From the human T2T-CHM13v2.0 reference genome, Homo sapiens: DNA of 64,000 nucleotides. Where the stretch lies: the NCBI RefSeq assembly GCF_009914755.1, contig NC_060930.1. One strand, given 5' to 3'. A program made the position numbers and the translations under genes. The notes under the pieces were generated by a model. It did no database searches. It was not told the DNA's origin and was given only the letters and a program-made list of their open reading frames with translations. Below, in pieces: positions 39,556 through 64,000 of the stretch (the stretch's first letter is position 1; each line of letters starts with the position of its first letter).

Positions 39556-39974
39556 TGATATAGTTTGGATGTTTGTCCCCTCCAGATCTCATGTTAAAAT
39601 GTAACCTCCATCGTTGGAGGTGAGGCCTGGTGAGAGGTATTTTGGTCGGGGGGTGGGGCAGATCCTTCATCAATGACTTGGTGCCATCCTAGCTGTAATG
39701 AGTGAGTTCTCACTCAGTTCACATGAGATCTGGTTGTTTAAAGAAGTGCAACTCTTCCCCACTTTCTCTGTGCTTCTGCTCTCACCATGTGATACCTGGG
39801 CCCTCCTTTCCTTCCCCCATAATTGTTAGCTTCCTGAGGCCCTCACCAGAAGCAATTGCAAGCACCACACCTCCTGTACAGCCTGCAGAACCCTGAGTCA
39901 GTTAAACTTCTTTTCTTCATGAATTACCCAGCCTCAGGTGTTTATTTCTGGTAATGTAAGAAGGGACTAACACA
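39556..39974 (+). mobile_element. MST (MaLR) LTR
   Basis: TGATATAGTTTGGATG...GGACTAACACA, paralogue of 14932-15344. Confidence 0.85.
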
Positions 39975-42581
39975 ATTATGCTCTATAGTAAACAAATAGG
40001 AAACAAAACCAAGAAAATAATGTTATCGATTTCCTCACCCCTTTGCTTTTTTCTTCTACTTTTTTCAACTTAAATTTGTTTCTTTTTATTATTAAGTTAA
40101 AGGTTTACACCTTTGATTTTTACATATTTATCTTTTTATAATACAGGCATTTAAAACTAAATATTTTTCTCTAAGGACTGCCTTGGTTGCATCTCGAAAA
40201 TTTTAAAAATTCATTGTAGTATTATTTTATTTAAAATTATTTTCTAATTTCCTTCTGATATCCTCTTTGACAAGCCACAGATTATTTAGAAATGTATTAT
40301 TTTACTTCCAAAAATTTGGGCAGTTTTCTCAATCTTACTAATTTGTAATTTGATAAGATTGTGTTCAGAGAATATACTCTGGGTGATTTTATTCTTATGA
40401 AAGTAATTAAGACTAGTTTTATAGTCATAGTATGTGTTCCATTTCATGGATAATCTTTGTGCAATGTAAAAAAATAAATATTCTGTAGTTATTAGATGTT
40501 GTCAATTTATATGTTAATTATAAATGCCAAATAAGTCAAGATGGTTGAAAGCATTGTTCCTATCTTGATTTCCTTCCTGATCTTTGTTTGCACAAAGCTA
40601 CAGAGATGTTCGTTGTCTTGTATCTACCTCCTTAGTTCCCACAGCAACAGTATGAAGTCAGAAAAAGTTCTGGAAGGAGAATCAGCTGACAGGGCAAAGT
40701 AGATATGTATTATTCAGGGGCCCTCTATAGATTGTAATGCATCACACAAGCCCACAGGGTTATTTACAACTCAGCTGGTTTGTCTTTACTCCCTCACAAT
40801 CTCCCTTTCTCAGCCAGGCTCAATCTTCCACCCATGTTAAGATTCAGTAGATAGACCAAAGAATAAGAGTGGACTCTGCTCGCATATGTGGAATTTGTTC
40901 ATCTCTGGAATTTGGAATTTTTATACTTTTTGATCCACAGCTGGTTAAAATTTTAAAAATAAGATTATTTTCCAGTTTATCCATTTAGTTTAGTCTATAT
41001 GTCTTTTTGCTCTTATGGTAACAGTGACAATTCTCATAATTTTCCATCTCCTAACTGGCATTATGGTTTATGATTTTTTTCCAATCCATGTTGATAGTCC
41101 TACATAATTTACTTAAAGCCCTGAATATTATTGCTTTCTGTGGTTATACCACAGTTTACCTTTTTTCTATCTAAATGTAGAGAGTGTTTCTTTTCTCCCC
41201 TGTTACATTTTTTATATGTCATCATGGACATATGAGGAAAAATTTACCGAGACTGTAACAATCCAGAGTGGAAATACTGTATTATCCCAACTACTCACAG
41301 GGTTACACCAATATATGCTCACAGTGCCCCACACAGCACCAAATGTCATCCTGCAGTGGCAGTGTGCTGTCACTTCACATGCTGCATAGTTTTTAGGATG
41401 TACAAAATTTTTATAATCAAGACAAATTAATCAGTTTTTCTTTTTGAATCTGGAAATGTTTTTGTTATTCCAAACTGTGGCTCAACAAACGACCAATTTT
41501 ATGTTTCCTTGGGCTCATGTACGATTGTTCTTTAAGATGGATGTTTAGAATGGGATTTTTGTTGCTTTCATCAAGCATGTGACAATTGTATTTTGAGTTT
41601 TAATAGATACTACTACACTGCCATAACTCAAAATCCTAATAATATGAGAGAGTCTATTCCCTTAGAATCTTCTAAATCCTTGAGTTTAAAACAAACTATT
41701 GTACATGTTAATTTTGGAGTAGGAGAACTAGTTTATTACATTGCTGTTCGAATTTGGATTTTTCTGTTCATTGGTGAGTTTGAGCAAATATTTATATTTA
41801 TCGACTATTAGGATATTCTCTTCTATAGTGAGACTATATCCTTTGCCCAATTGTCTATGGCATTTCCATGAATTTATTTATTGATAGTTAACAATTTTTC
41901 ATAAGAAAGTTAGCCCATTGTCTGCCTTACGTGATCAAAATTTTTCCTGAGCGTCATATACTTCTTTTAATTTTGTTATTTTCTTCATGCAATGAAATCA
42001 GTAATTTTCTTCAAACATTTTTTCATTTGTGTCTTCTGGATTTTGTCTTGCTTACGAAGTCTTATTTTTTAAAAAAGAATTATTTTGACAGATTTACTGA
42101 AACATAATTTTCATACTACAAAATTCACTCACTGTATATGTAAAATTTAATGATTTGAGTAAATTAATAGATTTGAGCAATTATCACAACAATCCAGTTT
42201 TAGAACATTTCTGTCATGTCCCAAATTTCTCTATTTATAGTTAAGTCCCACTGAGACCCCAAACCCTAGGCACCCAATGATCTGCCTTTTGTGTACATAA
42301 ATTTACCTTTTCTAGATATTTCAAGTAAATGAAATCATACAACATGTAATCTTTTGTATCCAATTTCCTTCACTTAGTTAACATTATTGAAGTTCACAAG
42401 TTTTGTGGTATGTATCATCATTTTGTTTGTTTTCATTTCTTTTTGTCTTTTTTCATTTGTGTAAATGCATAAGGTACAAGTGTAGTTTTGGTACATGCAT
42501 AAATTGCATAGTGGTGACGTCAGTGTTTCTACAGTATCCATTACCCAAATCACATGCATTGTACCCATTAAGTAATCTCAT

Positions 42582-42660
42582 CATCTAGAGTGCAAGGGTT
42601 GAAACTTGCCTTGGGAAAACTATCCTCATGTTCATGGTGTCTCCCCTGCCAGATAAGTCT
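42582..42660 (-). pseudogene. U1 snRNA 5' fragment pseudogene fused to an L1 3' end
   Basis: Minus strand ACTTATCTGGCAGGGGAGACACCATGAACATGAGGATAGTTTTCCCAAGG...TTGCACTCTAGATG; paralogue of 16582-16660. Confidence 0.88.
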
Positions 42661-43402
42661 AGTTTTGTCCCCTTTTATTGTTGAATGATATTGCCTTGCC
42701 TGGATGTAGTTGAATTTTGTTTATCTGTTTACTAGTTGATGGATATTTGGATTGTTTTCAGTTTGGGCCTACTACGGCTAAGGCTGTTCTGAACACTTGA
42801 ACACATATCTTTGTGAGGACATATGTTTTTCTGTCTCTTAGGTAGATTCCAAGGAGTGAAATTGGTGGGTCATAGGGCAAACATATGTTAAACTTTTTAA
42901 GAAATTGCCAAATTATCAGGTATTTGTAGAATCATACACTCCCACCAGCAACACATAAGAAATTAGAAAGTCTATTTGTCTTCAAACATAATTATAATGA
43001 TGATGATAGTATTAGAAATAACATCTGTCTTGTGAATTTTATATTTTCTCTTTATGTTTCAAGTTTTATTTATCCAGGATTTATTTAGTGAAAGAAATGA
43101 GTTTGGAATACAACTTACAAAAACTGAAACTAAATCTCAACTCTGTTTCTAATTCTAGACTCTGTCTTACTAGCATATTTAATTAAAAAAAAAGCAGTTA
43201 CAAATGCATTTTTAAAAGTAAATGTATAGTATGTTTTAGAGCTTTATAGAGCTAGTCATTCCTTATTCTACTTTTTTTTCAATTTCCCTGGAAAATACAT
43301 TTACCTCATAAAATAACATGTCAGCATAAATTGAGTTCTAAAAACAATTCTGTTTGCTTTTTTGTTTGATTGTAATTGAGTTAATGGCTGACATTTAATA
43401 CT

Positions 43403-43446
43403 CTCTATATGTGTGTGTGTATATACACCTATATATACATATATAC

Positions 43447-43480
<34 letters not shown>

Positions 43481-43482
43481 AT
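43403..43482. repeat. Compound (TA)/(TG)/(TATG) microsatellite
   Basis: Direct inspection; AT-rich equivalent at about 17733-17805. Confidence 0.85.
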
Positions 43483-45003
43483 AAAGACCCAAAGCCCTGA
43501 ATTGAGGGTGCCTATCAGGAATCTATAGGCCTTCGTGTGGAAGTTAACTCAAATACTTACAACCTGATAGTACCACAATCTATCATTTCCCTATGATGAA
43601 ATCAATCTCTGCTACTCCATCCACCATTTCTTTGTTTTTAAAAATATATGATTTTGCTCCTTTTCTTCCCATGTGCATCAGGCCCACTCTACAAAGGTTG
43701 AATCCTGGCTTGTCTGAGCCCGTGTGATCCCACGGTCATTCCAATGTATAAGAAAGTGGGTACTGGGAACACTCTGGAAACAGTTTAGTTGATCCTTCTA
43801 AAGGCACACAGGAGAAAGGAGTATCCTTTTCCTGCCTTTGGGAGTTGTTGTGAATGATTAACAAACCTAAAGCTGCTGCATGGGTCACCCTACCATCTCA
43901 GGAAAGCTGACGTGCTGTGTGTGATAGAGAGATGAGCTACGAAATTCCAGGATCACTGGTGATGACACTGGCCTGCTGAGTTGAGCATCCCTGGAGATGC
44001 CCAGCCTTGGATCTATCGGCTATGTGAGATAATGGGTTAAAGAAAAATAAAGCCACTAGATGTAATTTCCTGTTATTAGCAGCAGAACACATCTTCACTG
44101 AAATACTCATTCCACACATTTTGGTTCTACCTTGTAATTCCACACCACGAGTCTCATATAAAATGAGAAAATCATTTCCTCAACTTAGGAAATGAGGCCT
44201 CTTTGTTGCAACTCTGTGATCAAACAGAACAGACATAATTATCAACTTAATATATTTCTATAGGATTTATACTCATAGGGTTTATATGTACGTATTGTGC
44301 TGCTACTTATGTACAAGTAACATATAACTAAAAATAAGACATGCATAAAAACAAGTTTTAATTTGATTGAAAATAAAATAACAGTCGTCTCTGACAGTGG
44401 AGAAACTATGCTCAAATGATTACTTTGAAATAGACCTCTAAATTATGTACTTTTGGATTTGACATTTCATACTGACTCTCAGATAGCACATAATAGAGAA
44501 TCCTCCGTCTTCTAAATTTGTCTTTCTCTGAAATCTGTACAAGTCCTTTGATAACACTATATTATTGAAGTCTCTGGAGTGAAACACTATACACTAATTT
44601 ACAGTTATAAATACAAAATATTGTAGACGGGGTGAAAAAAAGTTCTGATTGACTTGCTAGCTGGTTTCTCATCTCATGGTTGCCAAGTTTGTTTCAGTTG
44701 TTATAGTCTGTTCTCAGTTTTTATGCATTGCCTTTTTAAACATTAGGATTACTTTTTTGATTGACAAGTAAAAATTGTATAGTGTATTTATATTGTACAG
44801 AATGAAGTTTTGATATATGCCTATAGTGTGGAATGTCTAAATCAAGTTATTTTACATATGCATTACCTCACATACTCATGACATATACATGAAAATCATT
44901 ATTCTATTGGGAAATAATCTTCCTTCCCTTTTTCTTTTCTTTTCATTTTTTGTCTTTGGAGCCAAATGGACCAGATGATATTTAACTCCATCTTTGAGAA
45001 ACA

Positions 45004-45009
45004 TTTAAT
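45004..45009 (-). terminator. DRB1 polyadenylation signal ATTAAA
   Basis: About 295 nt downstream of the stop codon, conserved in DRB2 (19324-19329). Confidence 0.7.
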
Positions 45010-45302
45010 AATGTAATGTGTTTGTGGTACAGGGTGAGTACAGATGCACAGGAGGCCATAGGGTTTAGGCAAAGGGGAGCACAAAAGTTGAAGATGAGGC
45101 GCTGCCATCAAAGCTGTGGGCTTCAGGCCAAGAACAGGAGCTGAGGAAGCCACAAGGGAGGACATTTTCTGCAGTTGCTGAACCAGTAGCAACCAGGTCC
45201 TGAGAAAGCCCTCTCTTGTGGAAGAATAACAGCCAGGAGGGAAAGCTTTTCATCCTGCAAAGCTGGGGCAGAAAGTTCTTCTTTGAATGTGTCATCTGCA
45301 CT

Positions 45303-58308
<13,006 letters not shown>

Positions 58309-58395
58309 GCTGGAGAACAGGACAGGACCAGGGGCCAGAGCAGCAGGCAAGTCTCACTCAGGGAGAACTATGAACCCCTCCACCCACATTCCAAG

Positions 58396-58518
58396 TTATA
58401 GGGAGTAAGTTACTGATTTCCTTGCTCCTGGATTGGGTAATCTAGTGTTGGAGAACGAATCAGCATCTGAGTTCAATAGCATCATCAGTTGCTGGTCAGA
58501 GATGCTGTATGAAGGTCC
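58396..58518 (-). promoter_or_regulatory. DRB1 proximal promoter: S, X1/X2, Y, CCAAT, TATA
   Basis: S GGACCTT (58512-58518), X ACCAGCAACTGATG (58483-58496), Y CTGATTCGTT (58454-58463), CCAAT (58432-58436), TATAA (58396-58400). Confidence 0.92.
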
Positions 58519-59382
58519 TCTTCTGAAACAGAATTTCCTTCTTTACAGGATTGTTTTTAGTACTTGAAAGGTTTGAACCAGTTGCATGTAAAACACTTTA
58601 ATTGGGGCGGTATTTTTAGCCCCAATTATTTTAGCTCTGTGCTGGTCAGTGATGTGTTCACAAGTTTGAGCCTTGTAAGAGCATTCATTTCCCACTTGAC
58701 AAGAGAACTGTTTGCAGGAGTGAGTGTGTTCAGGAGTAAAGGAGATGGAGGGGACATGGTTGCAAACCAGGAGACCTTAATCTGGTCCTGTTGCACTATA
58801 TCTTACTGTTGTAGATTTGTGAAAATTACATCATGTCTCACAGTTGAAATGAAGGCACCGTGATCTTTCAGGTCTTTCAATACTGGAAAATGTGATTCTG
58901 TGGATGCCTCAAGGAGCAGCAGCCCTGGGTATCTGATGATATGACAGAATGACAGCTGTTGACTGGAGAGTGTAATCTTTACCTATTTACAGGTAGAGAT
59001 GTCTCTAATAAGTTAAAGGAAATTGAAAGTTAGTTAATAATTTAATCTTAGTAAAAAGAGTTTTTTCAAGTGTATCTCCTGATGCTTCCCCCAAGTTTAG
59101 TGGCACCTCCAGAACACACACAGGCAAGGGGTTTGCAGGGGCCACCTATATGCAATGGAGGGTCTGAATGTGCCTTTGTATAGCACTTACCCTAACAATG
59201 CGATAAGGTCAACTGTGCAATCCAAGTATTCATGGGTCTGAGAGATCGATCAAGGACTCAAAGTCAGCTGTTGACAGAACAATTTTGTTTTAAAATAATA
59301 TTTTATGTGAAGAGTGTTCAATCCCTCATTCCTGGTTCCCATTAGGATTTCCTCATTTGATTGAGACTATGGCCCTTTACTA

Positions 59383-59730
<348 letters not shown>

Positions 59731-61016
59731 GACTTTGCTAACTAATACGTTACAGAATGTTCAGGAAACAGAACCCTAGGGAAAATCTGTGATTTACATC
59801 AGTTGATGTAATCATATAATTTTAAACATACAATTCTACATTTAGATAGCTATTATGCTTTGTATTTATATAAATGTAGCATCTAAGATTCAGAACGGAC
59901 TTCAAAGTATAACTATGCAGATAAAGTTCTGCATTAATTCACACCCTACCACAGTTCTGATAGGCAGTCATTCCTTATGTGCCTTAGTGTTTCTAGGAAT
60001 GGGATACTCACCATGCTGCAATAAAAATGACTAAAATTTCTTAGCAATTTTTGAGCATTTTGCTTTGTACTCAGAATTGTACAGAGCTTTCCATACATCA
60101 TATTTTTAATCAATTCTCACATTAGCTGAATGAGGGATATAACCTTTTCATCCCTACAAGTGAAGAGAATAAAATGATGGAGATTAAACAACTTTTGCAA
60201 AGATGCAAGGCTAGTAAACAGTAACTCGGCCTCCCAAAGTGCTGGGATTACAGGCGTGAGCCACCACGTCTGGCCTGCAAAATCTTCTTATATCTTCCCT
60301 TACGATAAAACCAGAGAAGTGGAATAGTAAAGGGCCATAGCCTCAAACAAATGAGGAAATCATAATGGGAACCAGGAGTAAGAGACTGAACACTCTTCAC
60401 ATAAAATATTAATTATTTTAAAGCAGAGTTGTTCTGTCAATTCTATTGAACCAAGTTATTATATATGTAATTCCAAACCCCTCAAGCTCTGTCGTTATAT
60501 TATACTACCTCACATTCAATTTCTAAAGAGAATTATGTCCATTATACTAAAATTATTTTTATCACTTTAATTCATGGCTGTGCAAATCAGTAAGACTACT
60601 TCTTTTAATGAATGGCAACATTTTATAGACCTTGGGGTAGATACTTTGTAGCAATTCTAGTTATTTCAAAAGATTCCCCTCATCACCATGGTTACTCTCC
60701 TCTGGAAATGACACAATTTGCGTTTATGTTACGTAAGGACATCCATAGCTCCTGCTTTTATCCTGTAATACTAAGGTGAACCTTAGCTTCCTTTCCTAGG
60801 TCACCACATCACAATTAGTTAATTAGTTAATTAGGCAAAAATAAGTAATTCTACATCAAGAATGTACTAAAATACAGTTAAAAGGAAACTTTCAAAACTT
60901 GTTTATATAAATTTGACACACTATTTATAAATCATACAAATTTATATTTAAAAAGATGGCCAATGGCAATGAACTAAATTCTGTATGTTTTATACATTTA
61001 TGAGTAACAAAGATGT

Positions 61017-61290
61017 TGTCTTAGTTTATTTGTGCTGTGATAAAATACAGTAGACTGGGTAATTTATAAAGAACACATGGAGGCTGAGAAGTCCAAGATT
61101 AAGGCACCAACAGGTTCAATGTCTGGCAAAGGGCATGGTCGCCACTTCCAAGATGGCGTCTTGCATCCTCCAGAGGGGATGAACGCTGTGTACTTACATT
61201 GTAGAAGGTGGAAGGATGAGAGGCTAAAAACTGTGTGAAGCGTGTTTTACAAGGGCCTTAATCCCATTCATGAGTGAGGAGCCCTACCTG
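61017..61290 (-). mobile_element. MaLR (MST/MLT-type) LTR fragment
   Basis: 'tgtcttagtttatttgtgctg...gactgggtaatttataaagaa...ggaggctgagaagtccaagattaaggcacc...aatcccattcatgag'. Confidence 0.7.
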
Positions 61291-61974
61291 AATTTTAAAG
61301 GAGACACACTTATACTACAACAGATGTGCTTCTTTAAATTATATATCTCACACTTTCCTTCAATATTCAATATAAGGATAGTTCAGGCTAAACAATGTAG
61401 CAACTCTCACCAAACCATCAGTCACATAGGTGGTCTAATAGGCTGAACTTTTTCACGGAAAAAAGAGAATAATCCTCTCAACTCAGCTGGCTGTGAGAGG
61501 TGTCAAATATGAGAGCTTATTTCCTGAGGAAATGACAATTAAATTGGTTTCTGGAAGAAAGTGGCTTTCAGTACGGAACTTCCATGGTCTCTGGTCTTGA
61601 TGCATGAAACCATAGGTTTGGTTTTACGGGAAATAAATCCCAACATTCCCAGGACTAAACAGGTAAAATCGGAAGCACAGACTTTTGTTGAACAACAGGC
61701 AGGTTGACATTGGTAGGATTACAGCATGTCTTGAGTCCTACTGATTGTCACAGAATGGGGCTCACTTGTAGTAAGCCTGAAAGCTTGCAACACATTTTGG
61801 AAAAATAGGCTCTTTTGGCTATCAGCAAGCCTTAGTTATCATAGAATGTCTGCCACTTGTCCAAGTAGTCTCAAAATGTTCTCAGGGGTTTTCAGAAAGC
61901 AACCACCACTAATCTGGAATTTAAAGTAAAAAGCAGGTTACTAATCCTTATATCTAAAGAAAAAATGATAATAA

Positions 61975-62171
61975 CAATAAATGGATAAACAGGACCAGTT
62001 TCTTCTTAGCATGGAAGATATGTATCCTGAAACAGAAAACGGTGCCATTTAAAGGCCTTACTAGTATTCATCACACTTGACAGGACCCTTTCCAGTAAAA
62101 TTTCAGCAATGTCCTCCATTGAGGAACTTTGGTAGTGCCAATCATTACACCATGACACTATCTAGGTCAGT
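61975..62171 (-). mobile_element. Ancient ERV1-like internal fragment (integrase C-terminus)
   Basis: Inverted copy of 63707-63905; degenerate WKGPYQ...T..A.K...WIH.SH.KK-like motif. Confidence 0.5.
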
Positions 62172-63299
62172 TGACAGGACTTCTTCAACTTCCAAATGTC
62201 ATTCTTTGACTCAACTTAGCTGTTTTATAACAGAATGCTTGCCATTGCATAGTTAATAGAGAGAACAACTAGAATTCCCATAGGCCTTTGTACTAATATT
62301 GTAAGTACAAAGAATTTTCTTTTTATTTCTGTTTCTAGATCTTATGTTAATTGTACTGCGGTAAGTATCCACCTATCTATCCAGTCCAAAATAGGCCAGA
62401 TTATTTTTCAAAATTTCATTTTGGTGCTCCACTAGCCCACTCCCCAGTGACTGCAGTGTGGACAGTGAAGAAATTGATGAACCTGTTGAACTGTACCAAC
62501 TTGTCAATCTGTCCTATAAAGTGTGTGCCTGGTTTGTTGCTTATTTTATTTAAAATAAATAATAAAATCTTTTAGCAGTTATTTTTCTAACAGTTCATCC
62601 TTGTAGACAATTTATTATCTTGAAAAAGTAAACTTACTAGTACTTATTTATGTTAACAATATTTTACCTAAATAAAATCAACTTATATATGTGCAAAAAA
62701 ATTAACGATTCCTTTTGTCATGACATCTCTTCCTACCCTGTGTGCCTGTCAAACAAAGCAACTCTCAGTATCATACAGCAGTTTTGAGAAAAATAAAGCA
62801 TAAGAACCACACTAACTATTGCTAGCATCCCTGTTTTGGTCTTGTGTTCATTCAAGGGGTACACTAGCAAGATAAAGGTGGAAAACTTGGTACTACTACG
62901 TATCAATCTAGAGATGCTAAAGATGATCTGGGTGCAAACAAAAGCCTGTCAGTATCCACAGTTCAGAATTTTGGATTTGACCTTAAGGAGGTGTCTAGTC
63001 AATTGTTAGAATAAGAAAAAAGGTATCAGCTAGTAAAAAATAATCTAAGCCATAGCTATATAATTAACCAGAAGAAAATACTTTATAATAACCACAGCAG
63101 AAGATAATATAAGGATTATTCGAAATTTTTGAGTTTTTCCAGAAGTGAGGAATCTTTATTGCTATTACAAGTTCTAAAGCTATGAAAAACAAAAAAGCAT
63201 AACAAGAATCAGTTCTAAAAGCAACTGGTTCTTCCACTGAGGCAAAATACATAGACATGGGTTTATTTTCTCTCCAGAACAGGACTTAAACACTTAATT

Positions 63300-63600
63300 C
63301 TTTTTTTTTCTTTTCTTTTTTTCTTTTATTTTTTTTGAGACAGAGTCTCACTCTGTTGCCAGGCTGGAGTGCAGTGGCGTGATCTTGTCTAACTGCAACC
63401 TCTGTCTCCTGGGTTCAAGCTATTCTCCTGCCTCAGCCTCCGGGAGTAGCTGGGACTACAGGTGCCCGCCACCACTCCCAGCTAGTTTTTGTATTTTTAG
63501 TGGAGATGGGGTTTCACCATGTTTGCTAGGATGGTCTCGATCTCTTGACCTCGGCCTCCCAAAGTGCTGGGATTACAGGCGTGAGCCACCGTGCCCAGCC
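63300..63600 (-). mobile_element. Alu (AluSc-like) with a small internal deletion
   Basis: Poly-T tail and antisense Alu body. Confidence 0.88.
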
Positions 63601-63706
63601 TCCTAAATTATTTTAACTGTCCACATTTCCTTCAGTGGTATTGCTGATACTAATTGCAATATCATTAATATTGACCATGGTTTTTTCACTTGTAGACTTA
63701 TAGCCA

Positions 63707-63905
63707 TGACCTAGATAGTGCTATGGTGCAAAGACTGGCTCCACCCAAAGTTCCTCAATGGAGGACATTGCTGAAATCTTACTGGAAAGGGTCCTATCAA
63801 CTCTGATGAATACTAATATGGCCTTTAAATGGCACAGGCTTCTGTTGAGGATACATATCCTCCATGGTAAGAAGAAATTGATCCTGTTCATCTGTTTATT
63901 GTTGT
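63707..63905 (+). mobile_element. Ancient ERV1-like internal fragment (integrase C-terminus)
   Basis: 'tactggaaagggtcctatcaa...aatactaatatggcctttaaa...ggatacatatcctccatggtaagaag' resembles a frameshifted YWKGPYQ...WIH motif. Confidence 0.5.
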
Positions 63906-64000
63906 GATTTTTCCTTAGTAACTTTACACCATCAGAAACCAATTTGTGTTCCCATATGGGCAATTAATTGGAGTGTTTATCTAGATAGACTCTAGACCTA

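Overview
This is human (or closely related great-ape) genomic DNA from the MHC class II DR region, on a DR52-group haplotype. The minus strand carries a complete HLA-DRB1 gene: six exons, CDS 58308->45303, 801 nt, 266 aa. Its exon 2 motifs (YSTS 10-13, D57/E58, F67, D70-E71-R-A-A74, V86) point to DRB1*11:03. Downstream lies the HLA-DRB2 pseudogene, with a 4-nt insertion and dead donor in exon 1, no exon 2, a 20-nt deletion in exon 3 and a 2-nt deletion in exon 6. The two genes sit in a ~23 kb tandem duplication (about 12654-36097 vs 37202-60488), so insertions and deletions can be read directly by comparing paralogues. Most of the rest is retroelement sequence: a HERV-K LTR5 solo LTR, an internally deleted HERV9/LTR12 provirus with TSDs, a truncated HML-6 (HERVK3/LTR3) provirus in DRB2 intron 1, an LTR12 solo LTR in DRB1 intron 5, MER51/MER52/MST LTRs, two U1-L1 chimeric retrocopies, and many Alu, L1, L2, MIR and MER elements. 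I found no new protein-coding system. The most unusual signal is a 24-bp-period array of three primer-binding sites after the HERV9 5' LTR, each apparently matching a different tRNA-Arg isoacceptor. Next are an 11-copy palindromic TTTCTAGAAA expansion in DRB2 intron 3 and the retroelement junction that removed DRB2 exon 2. Repeat subfamily names, tRNA matches and the allele call come from recalled consensus sequences and were not checked against databases.
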